Shown: positions 15,203-28,911, numbered from the stretch's first letter. The stretch: 64,000 nucleotides of DNA from Eledone cirrhosa (GCA_964016885.1 OZ024745.1:40610001-40674000); one strand, 5' to 3'. Notes: a model not told the origin generated them from the letters alone. A program made the numbers and translations.

Positions 15203-15789
15203 TACATATACCTACGCACAGGTCCACACATAAAAACACCCAAATATAAACACAATGGGATATTCAAATAAAATAAATAAATTTACAATATTTTAGAATG
15301 CATTAAAATCCGTATGTAACTTCACAAATAGATACATAAAAAAGGGGTAAATAAAAAAATGGGGGGGGGGGGGGGCGATACAGGAGAAGATGCGTGTGTC
15401 CATGTGATATACTACACACAGGTAGTATGAGGTGTAAACTTGGGTCCGTATATAGAACATGTAACAGTAACAGAACAATAATATAACAATAATGACAGTA
15501 ATAATCATTGTTCCAAAGTGGAACATGTGGAGATTATATAGTCACGATTGATGGGGTACACATTCAAGGGGACGCCCGGCCCGGTATCCTAGGGTCAGGG
15601 CACCATGGTTGCGGTGTGCTGTTCTATATGTTTGGGGTATCGGACCGGGCGGCCGTGGGCCCCGTGTTACCCGGTAACGGCCGAGGCGATGTATCTTCCA
15701 GGGTTGTATGCTCGGTCAGGTGCGCCCCTGGTTTACATATGTTTGCTTCACGGGTCGGAAACTGTCAACGTGGCATAGCATCAGGCCCC

Positions 15790-16531
15790 CTAATGCAGTA
15801 GGGCCGTTCGGACCTGTGCATACCCGTTCCCATGCCCCGGGCCTGCGCCACCCAGAGGATTCCATGCTGCAAATGTGCATCCCCTCTGGTGTCTGCAGGT
15901 CATGATAATTTCAGACTTTAGGTTGACCGCGTCATCTTTCAGTCTGACTATCACCCAGGCCTCGTGTGGGCATAATCGGCTCTTTCTACTTCCGGCCGAA
16001 TATGCTCTCGCATGGCGAACGATACCAGGGCGTACGGACTGCCTTGGTCTTTCAGGTCCCACACCAGGTCCGCTAACCTAGGGGGTACCTTTTGCTACGG
16101 TCCCTGAAGGAATCCTTGTGATTATACATCCGCGATTTAAAGGTCCTGGATGTTGCGCCGATGTAGGTGCGATGCGCGTTTTGCGTTGTAACCACACATT
16201 TGTATATTAGGTCCTTCATCAGGCATTTTCCCTGTAGGGGGCACCGGGTGCCGGCTCTTCAGTTACAAGTTCTGTTGTCAATTATTATGTATCCGATATC
16301 CGGGCCTCGATCTGTTATTGCCCTCTCAAGGTTCTCAGGGTGTTGTAGCGCCGACACTGTTGTCTCCCCCGTGCCACTATTTTCCTCTCAGCGTTGGACC
16401 ACATCACACTCCGTGGGCGCTGTGGTCGCCTCAGGGGCCGGATTGTCATTTGAAGGCAGTTCCCTGGGTGGTTCTCCGCCCTTCGAAAGACGGTCATTCT
16501 GTCGCCGCGGTTGACGGCCAGTGTGCGCCAT
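15790..16531 (-). pseudogene. RT-less GIY-YIG endonuclease ORF of Hydra-type Penelope origin (two in-frame TGA, frameshifts)
   Basis: MAHTGRQ...(88 aa)...CN*RAGTRCPLQGKCLMKDLIYKCVVTTQNAHRTYIGATSRTFKSRMYNHKDSF...RLADLVWDLKD...ARAYSAGSRKSRLCPHEAWVI...NLKSEIIMTCRH, colinear with the C-terminus of 25819-27213. Confidence 0.8.
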
Positions 16532-16556
16532 CTTCACCGCGTTAGTTTTAGCCATG

Positions 16557-17745
16557 TAATCGGCCATATTAGGTGCCGTGGAGAAAGTATTTCCGTACTG
16601 TTTAAAAGCGAGGCACTCGCCCCAAAACATTCTGTAACACCATTGGTGTCAAAAGCATTCGCCTTTTCGCCTACGTACATGGGAAAAAGAACACAAAAAA
16701 TAAAAATAAAAAATAACATCAAACATTAACATCTGGTGGATCTTGGCTGGCTTCTTAGAGCCAGACACTGATGCGACTCTTTCGATACGGAAGTCTATTA
16801 GACAAAGGTGGGCGGGTACTGATTCGGAGATTCTAATGCAGATGAGGCCGGAGATAATCGCCAAAATACCCGAAAAAATCGTCATCGAGGACAACAACAA
16901 AATAAACATTTCGGTGGAGGGGCGTAAACCTCATTGCTTTCACTGTGGTAGCACAACACACCTAAAAGCATCCTGTCCTTCACAAACACACCACAACAAC
17001 CTCATTAAAAAAACACTATTACCAACACCAACACCAAAACAACCACCACCACAAGTACAACAACAGACGAAACGAGCAAACACACCAAAACAAACAGACA
17101 CTCAACCAACAACAACAGGAAAAACACAGGCAACACCTCTGAAGAACACAACCACACCCCATCCCACTCCATCAATCATTACCACAAACGCACACACCGA
17201 AACAACATCACCACACAACATTCCCCTACCCCAAACTCCTGACGATGATCATTTATCGAGGGATAAGGATGCTTTTCCTTCTTTAAATCACCAGCACCAA
17301 CACAACCACAGACACAAAAAACAACACACACAACACCACAACCAAACCTCCCCTACCAACAAAACAAACACCAACACCACCCCAAACACAAAAAAGAACA
17401 ATCACAGACGAACAACAAACTAAAATAACACAAACAAAACAAAAACAACAATAGACATACATCAACACCAACAATAAACATTTAATGGAAATCATCTCCC
17501 AGGACCCCAAAGTGGAAACAGGGGAAAACATTTGTAAAATCTGACACTGCACCACACCTCAAACTAATAAGGGTTCCGGTAGAAACCTACCAAAAACTAA
17601 AGAACACATTTCCACAGGACGTTGGCAAACCATGCCAAAAACCAATAAAACGTGTCCTGTTGAAATATTTCCCCACCCCACTTAACACCCCCACCAAAAC
17701 TGAAATGGAGATCGAACAACCCGATCTCCAGGAAACGGAAAGGTA
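16557..17745 (+). pseudogene. LINE ORF1 (frameshifted) with CCHC zinc knuckle and low-complexity T/P/N tail
   Basis: VLFKSEALA..FSPTYMGKRTQKIKIKN / VEGRKPHCFHCGSTTHLKASC (Cx2Cx4Hx4C). Confidence 0.75.
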
Positions 17746-17789
17746 AGTGCATCCTTCCGCCCTTGTTTTGCCAACACTTCTACACCAAC

Positions 17790-20700
17790 ATGGCTGATTT
17801 ACGAGTTGGAAGTCTGAATGTGCGTGGCCTAGGGACGCCCTGAAAACAGGGCAAACTCTTAAACGACCTTAGGTCACACGATATAGATGTGATAGCCATC
17901 ACCGAGTCCAGGATCCACAGGAGACAGCAGCTGACCCCCATCTTCGACGACTTTGAGATCTATGCATCTCTCTGTCAGCCAGGAGGTGGAGGGGGAGTAG
18001 CTGTCATGATACGGGAAAACATGGACATCGAAATACAGCAAGTATATTTGGACCCGGAGGGTAGACTGGTAGTCCTAGACGTGAACAGTATTGAAGGTGG
18101 AGCCTTCAGACTGGTGGCGGTTTATGCCCCGACAGGGCCATCGCAATCACGGCCAGAATTCTTTAAGCGTCTAGAGTCTTTTCTGGGAACGTCTGGCTCC
18201 TTACTTTTAGTGGGGGACTGAAATGGTATCCTAGATGCACGATGGGACTATGTGGGAGCATGTCCCAGTAGAGAGTGGTGCAACAGCCTCAAAACTTTAA
18301 TCGACCAATTCCAACTGGCCGATAGGTATCAACTCGATTTACCGACTGCACCACAGTCGACGTGGGCAAACCGCAGCGGGATATCGAGATCGTATTTAGA
18401 TAGGCTCTTCATTAGAGAAAGGGAGAAGGAGATATTAAGCTGTCCACGAATGCATATGGTTTTCTTGTTACGATCAAAAATTAGTTCTCTGCATAGTCAA
18501 CCGTGATAGAACACATAGACAGGGACCAGGATACTGGAAGCTGAACGTGTCGTTGCCGGCACGTAAAGCTTACAGTGAACGGATAAATAAACTAGTCAAG
18601 CAACAATTAACGGGAGCTATCGTCAAAAATAGATGGTGGTACTCTCTCAAGAAAGCAATTAGATTAGAATCGATAGGGTTTAGCAGAGAGTTAGCCTTAG
18701 AGAAAAAAATTAGAAAGAGAACTAGTAGCCAAGGAAGAGGAGGCACTTAGAAGTGGCAACGCGGCTAGAGTATTATGTCGAGAACGGCACTGGACCAGTT
18801 CTTTGATGCGAAACACGAAGGTTGCGTGGTCACAAGCAAAGCACGTGCTCTAGGAAACGAAGGAGCGAAAGCTGTCAGCTGGGCCCGAGTGGCGGAGGCA
18901 AAAAGTGGCAACAAGTCCACGATTCGGTCTTTGAAAGACCAAAACGGACGCGCTTTTCAGCAGCACTCTGCCCGACTGTTTCAGCAGAACGACGGTGAGC
19001 CGAACGAGGCAATGGACTTTAGTCCATACCTCGACGGCCTGCCGCGTCTCTCAGACACGGATGCCGAGTTCTGCGAAAGACCGATTACGGACACTGAGAT
19101 ACGGGACGCTCTGGGCTGCTGCGGGAAACGCAAGTCACCCGGTCTAGATGGTCTACACTATGAGTTTTAGATAGCCATGTCGGAGTGTTCTCTGGCGTCC
19201 TCGAAGCCGTCTACTGCAATTGGCAGCAGAACGGGAGAATTCCCAGTTCTACGCTGATCAGGAAAGACGAGAGCAAGGGTGACGAAATTAACAATTTCAG
19301 GCCCATATCTCTGCTCAACACAGAGTTAAAGATTTTGGCCAAGGTGTTAGCGACGAGGTTGGCGCTTGTCGTCGAGAACCTGGTAGGGAAAGCGAAAACG
19401 TGTGCAATCCCGACCAGGTCCATACACGACAACCTGCACCTCATGCGATACATCATAGAGATGGTGGGTAGCAAACCCGGCTTCGGTGGGGCTCTGATCA
19501 ATTTGGATCAGTCTAAGGCTTTCGATAGTCGACCTTCTATACTTGGAAGCGGTTCCGTTTTCAGAGGCTGCATCGAGGCGATGAACACCAGCATCTGCTC
19601 GAGGGTCAAGGTGAACGGCTACCTATCGGAGCTGTTCGCAATCACGCGTTCCATTCGACAGGGATGCCCTCTCTCTTCCATTCTGCATGTATTGACTCTA
19701 GAGCCACTACTGCGTAAGTTGGAGCTATTGCAAGGCATCCCTCTAGAACCGGGACTGCGCAAAGCGGCGTCGGTTTATGCCGACGACATGACGGTAAAGG
19801 TGCCGAGCAACTCCAAAATCGGGGTGATCAGCAACTTACTGAAAGAATACTAAACGCAAACGGGAGCAAAACTAAACCCCGAAAAGTCTGTCGGTTTGCA
19901 ACTCGGTACGTGGAGAGGCAAACCGATGACGTTCGATAGCGTCGTTGTAGGTTGGACGGGTGGACTGGTGAAATCGCTCGGGGTATGGTTCGGTCCAGAC
20001 CTCCAGGTGGAGAAAAACTGGAATGAGGTTACAGTCAAGTTGTTTGCGTCACCCAGAAGTGGGCAGAGTGAAAACTGTCCTTGAAAGGTCGAGTGGAGGT
20101 GGCGAACGCTTTCATAGCCTCCGTCATCTACTACCGCTTGACTGTCGTGCCTTGTCCCCGTGAACACCTCGCCAAGATGGAACGCATGCTCTTCCAGTTT
20201 CTGTGGAAGAAGCAGGCTCCGCTGGTGAGGAGACACGTCTGCTGTCAGCACCCTTTCATCGGAGGGCTATAAATGCCGTGGCCGATGATGCCCAAACATG
20301 CGCTGAGTCTTCGGCATCTCCAGGTATTCCTCACCGACCCCCAACCGTTGTGGGCTTTGTTTGTGAGACAGGCTTTCCCGCAGCTCATCTCGCTGACGGA
20401 GCTGCAGTCCTGGGTCAAGAAAAGACCGAAAACGCTGGGCGCCTGGCACATTTAATGTGCTTAGGCGCTCACAGTCCTCTGGCAAGCGGGCACAGCAATC
20501 AGTGGAGACTCCACTTCGACATTCTATAGAGGGTTAGTACTTCACAAGGGCGTCGACGTGCTCGGAGAGACTCTAGGCGTCGAATACGACGAACTCACCA
20601 CTCTGTTTGAGGGACTTTCCTCCCGGGACTCATTGACAACTTCCAGAGGTCCCTGGCTTGGCAGTGCTACCGAGGAGCTCTACCAGTTCCTGACAATATC

Positions 20701-21160
20701 TACAGGCACGGACGCCCCCTCAGGGATCCTTCCTAGAGGACGTGTCCAAGATGCGCGCAGGACATTGAAACCGTCCTGCACGCAATTTGACACTACCAGG
20801 GCGTAACCGACCTGTGGAACTTCGCGGAACAACTGCTGTCGCGTATGGGACAAATCCAATTGACTGCCGAGTCCATAGTAAGAATCAACCCGCCAACTTC
20901 TTTCAAAAACGAAAGAGAGGCGGTTTTCCTCTGTAGAGTGGCTATGGGGAAAGAGGTTATATGCTGGACGAGATTGTGAAGACTGAGGACAGATGCCTTT
21001 CTCTCCGGCCAACAACTCATTCCCTTCTTTAGATACCACTTTAGAAGGAGAATCAGAGTGGAGTGAGAGGCACTGCACCCCAGTAAATTTACTGAGAGGT
21101 GGGTGAATGTGGCAAAAAATGGCCCGAGTCATTGGGCTTTCTCTGTATATAAACCTGTAG
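17790..21160 (+). pseudogene. LINE ORF2: apurinic-like endonuclease and reverse transcriptase, many stops and frameshifts
   Basis: MADLRVGSLNVRGL, AITES, VAVYAP, LVGD, SYLDR, KSPGLDG, FRPISLLN, DQSKAFD, RQGCPLS, YADD, CPRC...ETVLHA. Confidence 0.92.
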
Positions 21161-21403
21161 GTTGAAGAAGTGAGCAAAAGGAAGAAAGGATCACTTTCTC
21201 AACACGCTCCTGAAGTTGAGGGTTGTTCTATCGACGGGGTATTAAACAACCCATTTGTGGAGCCTCCGCCATATTGGGGATTTCGATTGTTATCATTGTT
21301 TGTTTTATATTTTTTTACAGGATTGTATGTAAAATACCCGGCAGGTCTTTGTTTTGTCCACTTTTCTTGTGCGCCATTGTGGCTAATAAGGAAATCTATC
21401 TAC

Positions 21404-21459
<56 letters not shown>

Positions 21460-21844
21460 TTATATATCTATCTATGAGTCTGTCTGCCTGTCTGTATGTT
21501 TCTCTTTATTCTTTCTTTCTATTGCCATTGTTGCACGTATGTTACAGTTTTCTTCTCGCAAGTAAAATACATTGGTGCATACACATTAGCTGATAACTAG
21601 AGAATGGCATCAAGGGCATAAACAGAGAAATGTAGGTAGAAACCCAGATAGAATATTGTTTGATAGATATATCCAGATCAACCAATCTCTAGTTCTTTCT
21701 CTCTCTGATTCGCCCTTTCTCTCTTTCTCTCTCTCACTACATATATGTATATATATATATATATATATATGCAAAAGTTCTATTTAAAATTGTTGGGATA
21801 CAACAAGTAAATATTTTTATAACTGATATAAAGCACTCGACAAG

Positions 21845-21908
21845 TATTTGTCTGATGAAGGCATACCATAATTTAATTTGGTATCCCTGAAATATGTATA
21901 ATGAAATA
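21845..21908 (+). ncRNA. Type I hammerhead ribozyme motif (family A element 21770-21950)
   Basis: tatttgt CTGATGA aggcatacca-loop-tggtatccct GAAA tatgta TA atgaaata. Confidence 0.8.
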
Positions 21909-21969
21909 AATATGGCTTTATAAATATAGTTTCCATTTATTAATATCGTATATATATATATATATATAT

Positions 21970-23433
21970 ATGAAAGACATAAAATAAGAAAATTATAAAA
22001 ATGAACTTACTTACTAAAATTTCACTAAACTAATTAGTTTCTGCAAGGGAATAAACATGGTTTCCGAATGGAACACATGGAAAATGCCTTTCGTCATCAG
22101 GAAGTCAATTCGAAGCTAAGTTCCCAGGTGATGCGTGGACACAGGAAACTTATACAAAAATAATTCAGTGGATGGAAAAAAGCAAGCGAGGACTAAATTC
22201 CAAGACATTGAAAAATTCACTGCCTACTTGGTCGGTGGCAAATTCAAAAGAATCAATCACGTGAAATCGAGGTTAATCAGTGTGGAGTGGGATGTTAAGA
22301 AGACAGTAGCCGAACTATTACTATGATCTATAGTAGCAGTTTTGGCAAATTTTTGCTCAACGAAATAATTTGGAGATAATTATAAAGAATTAGTATATCT
22401 ACCAACATATATATACAGATGCATACCTATGCTAGCAAATATATAGGTGTTGTCTTAGTAACTTTGTGGTTCAATGCAAGGGGATGCAGAGCAATTATAT
22501 GAAAGACGTAAAATAAGAAATTTATAAAAATTAACTTACTTACTAAAATTTCACTCCAACTAATTAGTTTCTGAAAGGGAATAAACATGGTTTCCGAATG
22601 GAACACATGGAGAATGCCTTTCGTCTTCAGGAATTCCATTCTCAGCTAAGTTCCCAGGCGATGCGTGGACACAGGGAACTTATACAAAAATAATTCAGTG
22701 GATGGAAAAAAGCAAGCGAGGACTAAATGTCAAGACATTGAAAAAATGTTAGTAAGTTAATTTTTATAATTTTCTTATTTTACGTCTTTCATATAATTGC
22801 TCTGCATCTCCTTGCATTGAACCACAAAGTTACTAAGACAAAACCTATATATTTGCTAGCATACGTATGCATCTGTATATATATATTGGTAGATATACTA
22901 ATTCTTTATAATTATCTCCAAATTATTTTGTTGAGCAAAAATTTGCCAAAACTGCTACTATAGTCCATAGTAATAGCTCCGCTACTGTCTTCTTAACACC
23001 CCACTCCTTACTGATTAACCTCGATGTCACGTGATTGATTATTTTGAATTTGCCACCGACCAAGTAGGCAGTGATTTTTTCAATGTCTTGGAATTTAGTC
23101 CTCGCTTGCTTTTTTCCATCCACCTAATTATTTTTGTATAAGTGCCCTGTGTCCACGCATCGCTTGGGAACTTAGCTGAGGATTGACTTCCTGATGACGA
23201 AAGGCATTTTCCATGTGTTCCATTCGGAAACCATGTTTTTCCTTTTCAGAAACTAATTAGTTGGAGTGAAATTTAAGTAAGTTAATTTTTATAATTTTCT
23301 TATTTTACGTCTTTCATATAATTGCTCTGCATCCCCTTGCAATGAACCACAAAATTACTAAGACAAAACCTATATATTTGCTAGCATAGGTATGCATCTG
23401 TATATATATGTTGGTAGATATACAAATTCTTTA
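21970..23433. mobile_element. 530-bp hammerhead-bearing unit in tandem plus inverted array (retrozyme-like, family E)
   Basis: ~1.45 head-to-tail units (21970-22746) then ~1.3 inverted units (22749-23433); hammerheads at 22023-22105 (-), 22553-22635 (-), 23186-23267 (+); no coding signal. Confidence 0.8.
23186..23267 (+). ncRNA. Type I hammerhead with extended stem II
   Basis: acttc CTGATGA c gaaagg...cctttt ca GAAA ctaattag TT ggagt; palindromic stem III; N7 varies T/A between copies. Confidence 0.75.
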
Positions 23434-23470
23434 TATATATATATACTTATATATATATACGTACATATAT

Positions 23471-23584
<114 letters not shown>

Positions 23585-23763
23585 GTATATATATATATAA
23601 TAATGGTTCACGGACCCACCATATTTATCAATGCCGGTACCGGTTGAATCACAGCTCACTCAACGGCAATGTATTTGACTCAACACGACACACGTAAAAC
23701 GGGTGCCTATAAGGTTCTCGGACTCGAGTTTCTGCCCCACTAATATAGCAGTAAGCTTATTTG

Positions 23764-23815
<52 letters not shown>

Positions 23816-23927
23816 AGTTGGAATAGAATGAAACGAAATTTCATTTCTCACTCTTAGTACGGCACTTACTTAAATGTAAGTATGTATGTATACGTACATA
23901 CATATATGTATACAGACGTACAGTAGC

Positions 23928-24397
<470 letters not shown>

Positions 24398-24443
24398 ACT
24401 TTTTTTGTTTAATATAAGGAATTGTTTATTCATTATTTGTTTA

Positions 24444-24495
<52 letters not shown>

Positions 24496-24751
24496 CAGGC
24501 ACACATATATATATGTACGTATCAGTTTAGCGAATATTTATTATAACATTCGCTTTGTTCGTTTGTAAACAAACGGACAGCCTGATTTATGCCGTACGGT
24601 GTTAAGGAAACCACGTCACCTTTTTGTTCAACACTGACACAGGAACGATGTACTAGTTTCAAGCTTGTTAGCATGTATATATATATATATATATATATAT
24701 ACATGCTACTGTACGTCTGTATACATATATGTATGTACGTATACATACATA

Positions 24752-24823
<72 letters not shown>

Positions 24824-24834
24824 TAACAGATTAA

Positions 24835-24885
24835 AGTTTAAGCAAAGAATCGCTGCTTTCACCCTTAACGGGATCTTCTGAAACT
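24835..24885 (-). ncRNA. Type I hammerhead, variant core CAGAAGA
   Basis: Minus strand: agttt CAGAAGA t ccc-gttaa-ggg t GAAA gca-gcgattctt-tgc TT aaact. Confidence 0.6.
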
Positions 24886-25818
24886 AACAAAGTCAATCTG
24901 TAAACGCAGAAGTGGATATTTCAAGAAACGTTGCAACAGGAGGAACACGGGAAGACGATACTCTGGTTCGTGGAAACGTTCGCTAGCAAAGAACGGGAAA
25001 AACGAATATAATACCGTCATTAATAGGAGCGGTGAAAAACAATTACGCGCAAAGACAGAACCACGTTTATGGTATAAAAGAGGTCGTAGACTAATGTTCT
25101 CTTAGGTGGTTCATAGAGACGTTCTCTGGCAATGAACGAAAAAAACGAAGATAATACGTCATATGTGGAACGTGGAGAACAATAGCACTCAAAGACAAAA
25201 CCACGTAAATGGTATAGCAGAAATCGTAGACTAAAATTCTAACTAAGAGACCGAATGAATCTCCGCTACAGAGTTAAGAACAAAGTAAATAAATACAATA
25301 CAGAAGTAATAGAAAGAAAGAAATACATACACGCAAACAAATACGTACATACACATGCATACGCAGAACACTTACCATCGGTATACAAAACCACGCACAT
25401 ATAAATATGTGTTTGTGTATGCGTGTATACAAATAAATAAATAATTATATAAACGTATATAAATAAATAAATACGTATATAACAAGCGCACACACATACC
25501 TACATGGAAATACACGAATGTTCGGAGACGTAAGTCAACCAAAACATGAAATACACATATACACATACCCAACATACGTACGAACCTGCATACTCACACA
25601 GACGCAAAACTCCCGTATACACATAGCCAAACCATATGTACCAGAATATATAAAATTATACGCCATAACATAAACAATCAAATATACGTACGAGAAGGTA
25701 TACGTACCTTCACCAAGCATACGGGTAAAATATACTTACCTATGCAAATAAGTAATGGTATAAACAAAACATACTTAGCTCCCACATCAAGACGTAAAAT
25801 ATCCACGTATAAATCGTA

Positions 25819-27960
25819 CTATCCGTTAGGGTATAACGTGGGGCTGTAATACAGGAAAGTGTTGTGCAATTTATGTTTACAAGCCGAAATTGCCTCAGAT
25901 TTTTTGTTTAAGATGTGGTCTGTGGCGTAGAGTATTTCCAGGGCCTCAGCAGCGCAGAGGTCACATGGTCTTTTATTTCCGTTATACGATCTAGCCCTAG
26001 CTAGGATCTCCCAGTGTAACTTATATTGGGTGTGGTTGTCTTTTAGACTCCAGATATAAGCTGAAAGTGACGTCATATTCCTTCTTAGAGGGTATCGAAA
26101 AGAATGGGTATGCATGTAAAGACGCTGCTTGAATCTATTGGCGGTTAACCCTATGTAGGCCCTACGGGACGTGGGTGTTACAACCTTACATTTGTAGACA
26201 ATGTTACTAGAGAGGCATTTCCCGGATAGGGGGCAATCAACCCGATTCCTACAATTACAGTTAGTACTAACTACAGGGTGGCACGTGTTCCTACGGCTAG
26301 GTAGTTTAGCTAAATTTGAAGCTGTGATGTTATGTGCAATGTTAGGAGTCGTAGAGTAAGAAATGTTAATAGTATTTCTATTAAAAATTTTACTATACTT
26401 ATGTGTAGGGGGAAAATGCTTCGTAATAAGGGAAAGAAAGATCTTAGCTAATGGTGTGGCCACCTCCATATTATATGGTGGGTTATACCAACAAATGCGA
26501 CGGGATCTATTTCTTCTAGGTCTATTTTCGTACTCTGTATATGCTACCTTATCGACAAATCCACTTCGAGCAAGAGCTTCATTGTAATAAGTGGAATGGT
26601 CGTTGAAAATACGCTCGTTGGTGGAAAGACGGGAAAGCCTCAACGAAACGTTTCTTACCAGGTTCTTGGTTATGCTGGCAGGATGGTTGGAATGCTTACT
26701 TATATAATTAAGCGTATCATTCGGCTTTCTATACTGGTAATACAACCCATTCATTAAATTGAGGGTAACGTCGAGGTAATTAACGACCGAGGGATTGGCC
26801 TCAACCTGTATAGAGAGGTTGAAGCCTTTAAAGAAGACTGTGAGTTCTTTTCTGAACCTGTCGCAAGCACGAGGTCCGCACTTAGTCATGGTCAAAAGAC
26901 CATCGTCACGGTACAAACCACCACCCGCGTTGGGGAATCCGTCTTTGATAGAGAAAAGAAGGAAAAGGCCTATAAGATCAGTAACCTCCGCAGAATCACT
27001 GGCGCCCATACTCACGTCGAATGGAGTACTATTGGATTTTTTAATCCAAATAGAGTCGTCGAAATTAATCACCGACTTTCGGGCATTGAGGATGACATCA
27101 ACTTCGAAATCCTTAACCACTGTGAGTGTTTTAGCGAAATTGATAGCTCTAAGGAGAAGTGGTAAAGTGAGGAGGACTAGTAATTGTTGATGTCGAATTG
27201 GATAAAACGGCAATGTTCCTTGTTACATATGCCGTTGAACCAATCAATCACCGCGAAAGAATTGTTCCACAGTGCAAGAGGGGCCAAACTTCTAATTTCA
27301 GGTATCATTCTAACAAGAATCGTTTTACTAAGTCTACCTAAATCGGACTTCGTAGGGTTAATAAGCCGAATAGAGGGGTTGTTCGGAAAATTGGATTTGT
27401 GATCCTTCAGGGTAAAGTGGGGAGAAATATGGTCCAGAGGTTCGGTCCGGTCCAGGATGTTGAGATCAGATGTGATTTAAACCCAGCATCGTTGATTTCA
27501 TTGATGACGCACCGATTTACGGTAATCCGATTTACGGTAATCCTTAGTTACAGCATTATGTAGTAGTTGATGGTAAGTACTGCGCTCCACTTGATATAGG
27601 TTGCCAGTTTTGTCGGAATGGACGTGCACGGCATTAGAATCCTTAATAGAACGAATTCTATTCTTCAGGTCTTGCTGGAATAAATTGCTCCTATTCCGAA
27701 ATTTGATACTCTGAATGAGTTCCAAGACATCATTTTCGAAGGGTAGCAATGCTGGTTTACACGGGGGGTTATTATAGGTTTTAAATCCAAATTTATCCTG
27801 TTTGTTGTCTGCTTTTCGCGGATTATCGAAATAAAAGGCACGCCAACGCAACCTTTTAATGAACGCGTGTTTTCTGTATCAGGAGTTTTAGATATTTTTT
27901 CCTGCTTGGTACGTATATGTTCTTTGTAGAAATATTCAGATGTCCAAAATTAAGATAAAT
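25819..27960 (-). pseudogene. Penelope-type reverse transcriptase and C-terminal GIY-YIG endonuclease
   Basis: STKNI, RLRWRAFYF, MGASDSAE, GLYRDDGL, VNYLDVTLNL, CNCRNRVDCPLSGKC (CxCx5Cx5C), IVY...YIG, CDLC, LNKKSE..CKH; frameshifts upstream of 27213. Confidence 0.92.
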
Positions 27961-28068
27961 CAAATGAATTTAATCTAAATCAAAATTATGGGTGTCATGC
28001 CAGAAAGACATGCGCCATATCACCCGCAAAATAAGCTCTAAGATTCTAACGAGTAGGTCCGAGCATTT

Positions 28069-28305
28069 TATAATAACTAGAGATTGATTAACATATAAAT
28101 AAAGATGAATAATCACAGGAGATAATTTTTTACAAGTGTATAACCATACATAGCTAGGTAGGTAACTAAATAAAGTAGACCAGAACTTTAAAAATATATA
28201 CCTTATAATATGATTAATCATATTATAGCTATGTGTGGTTACACACTTGTAATAATTATCTCCTGTGATTATTCAAGTTTATTTATATGTTAATCAATCT
28301 CTAGT

Positions 28306-28312
<7 letters not shown>
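28069..28312. repeat. Diverged fold-back (~87-bp arms)
   Basis: 28069-28156 vs 28226-28312; same family as 51100-51215. Confidence 0.8.
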
Positions 28313-28402
<90 letters not shown>

Positions 28403-28542
28403 GTGAGAGGGAAAAGGAGAGAGAAATAGATAGATACATAGAGAGAGTGGCAGGGGGATAGAGTGAAAAGTGAATTCTTCGTTTACTATATTTCTAATCA
28501 TACTAATTTTTAATGCAGATTACTTGAATATTTAGAAGGGAA

Positions 28543-28711
28543 AATTGTTGATAACTTAAGCTCTATTACTTAAAAACGTTCCACGTGTCGATCTGGTAGT
28601 GATGCGAATTTCATGACATTATGTTTTATCCAATGTCATGAAATTCGCATCACTACCAGATCGACACGTGGAACGTTTTTTAAGTAATTTGAGCTTAAGT
28701 TATCAACAATT
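28543..28711. repeat. Fold-back of unique flank immediately 5' of a SINE
   Basis: Arms 28543-28620 and 28632-28711. Confidence 0.9.
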
Positions 28712-28725
28712 ATGTTTTATCCAAT

Positions 28726-28911
28726 GGCGGTGGATTGGCAGTATCAGTAGAGAGTCGGACACCATGCTTTGAAGCATAGAGTTACGTACCTTTATGATCT
28801 GAGTTCAAGTCCCACCGAGGTTAACTTTGCCTTTCATCCTTACGGGGTCGATAAAATAAAGTACCTGTAATGTACCTGTAATTGCTGGCCTTGTGCCTAA
28901 AATAGAAACAG
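28726..28911 (+). mobile_element. Octopus-type tRNA-derived SINE with 13-bp TSD
   Basis: A box tggcagtatcag, B box gagttcaagtcc, ctttgcctttcatcc core; TSD ttatgttttatcc at 28710 and 28912. Confidence 0.9.

Larger units (their letters stand above)
16550..21395 (+). mobile_element. Degenerate Tx1/L1-clade LINE, 5'-truncated
   Basis: ORF1 with zinc knuckle, ORF2 with APE, RT and C-terminal zinc finger, 3' UTR ending aataaggaaat then (CTAT)n. Confidence 0.9.
24819..27990 (-). mobile_element. Near-full-length Penelope-like element, Hydra-clade-like
   Basis: Frameshifted ORF from ~27960 to 25819, GT-rich 3' UTR, terminal pLTR with hammerhead, 3' end in (TA)n; solo 3' copy at 51957-52490. Confidence 0.9.

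Noticed and set aside
16216-16222. CTGATGA on the minus strand
   Set aside because: Lies within endonuclease codons (CLMK) with no partner stems
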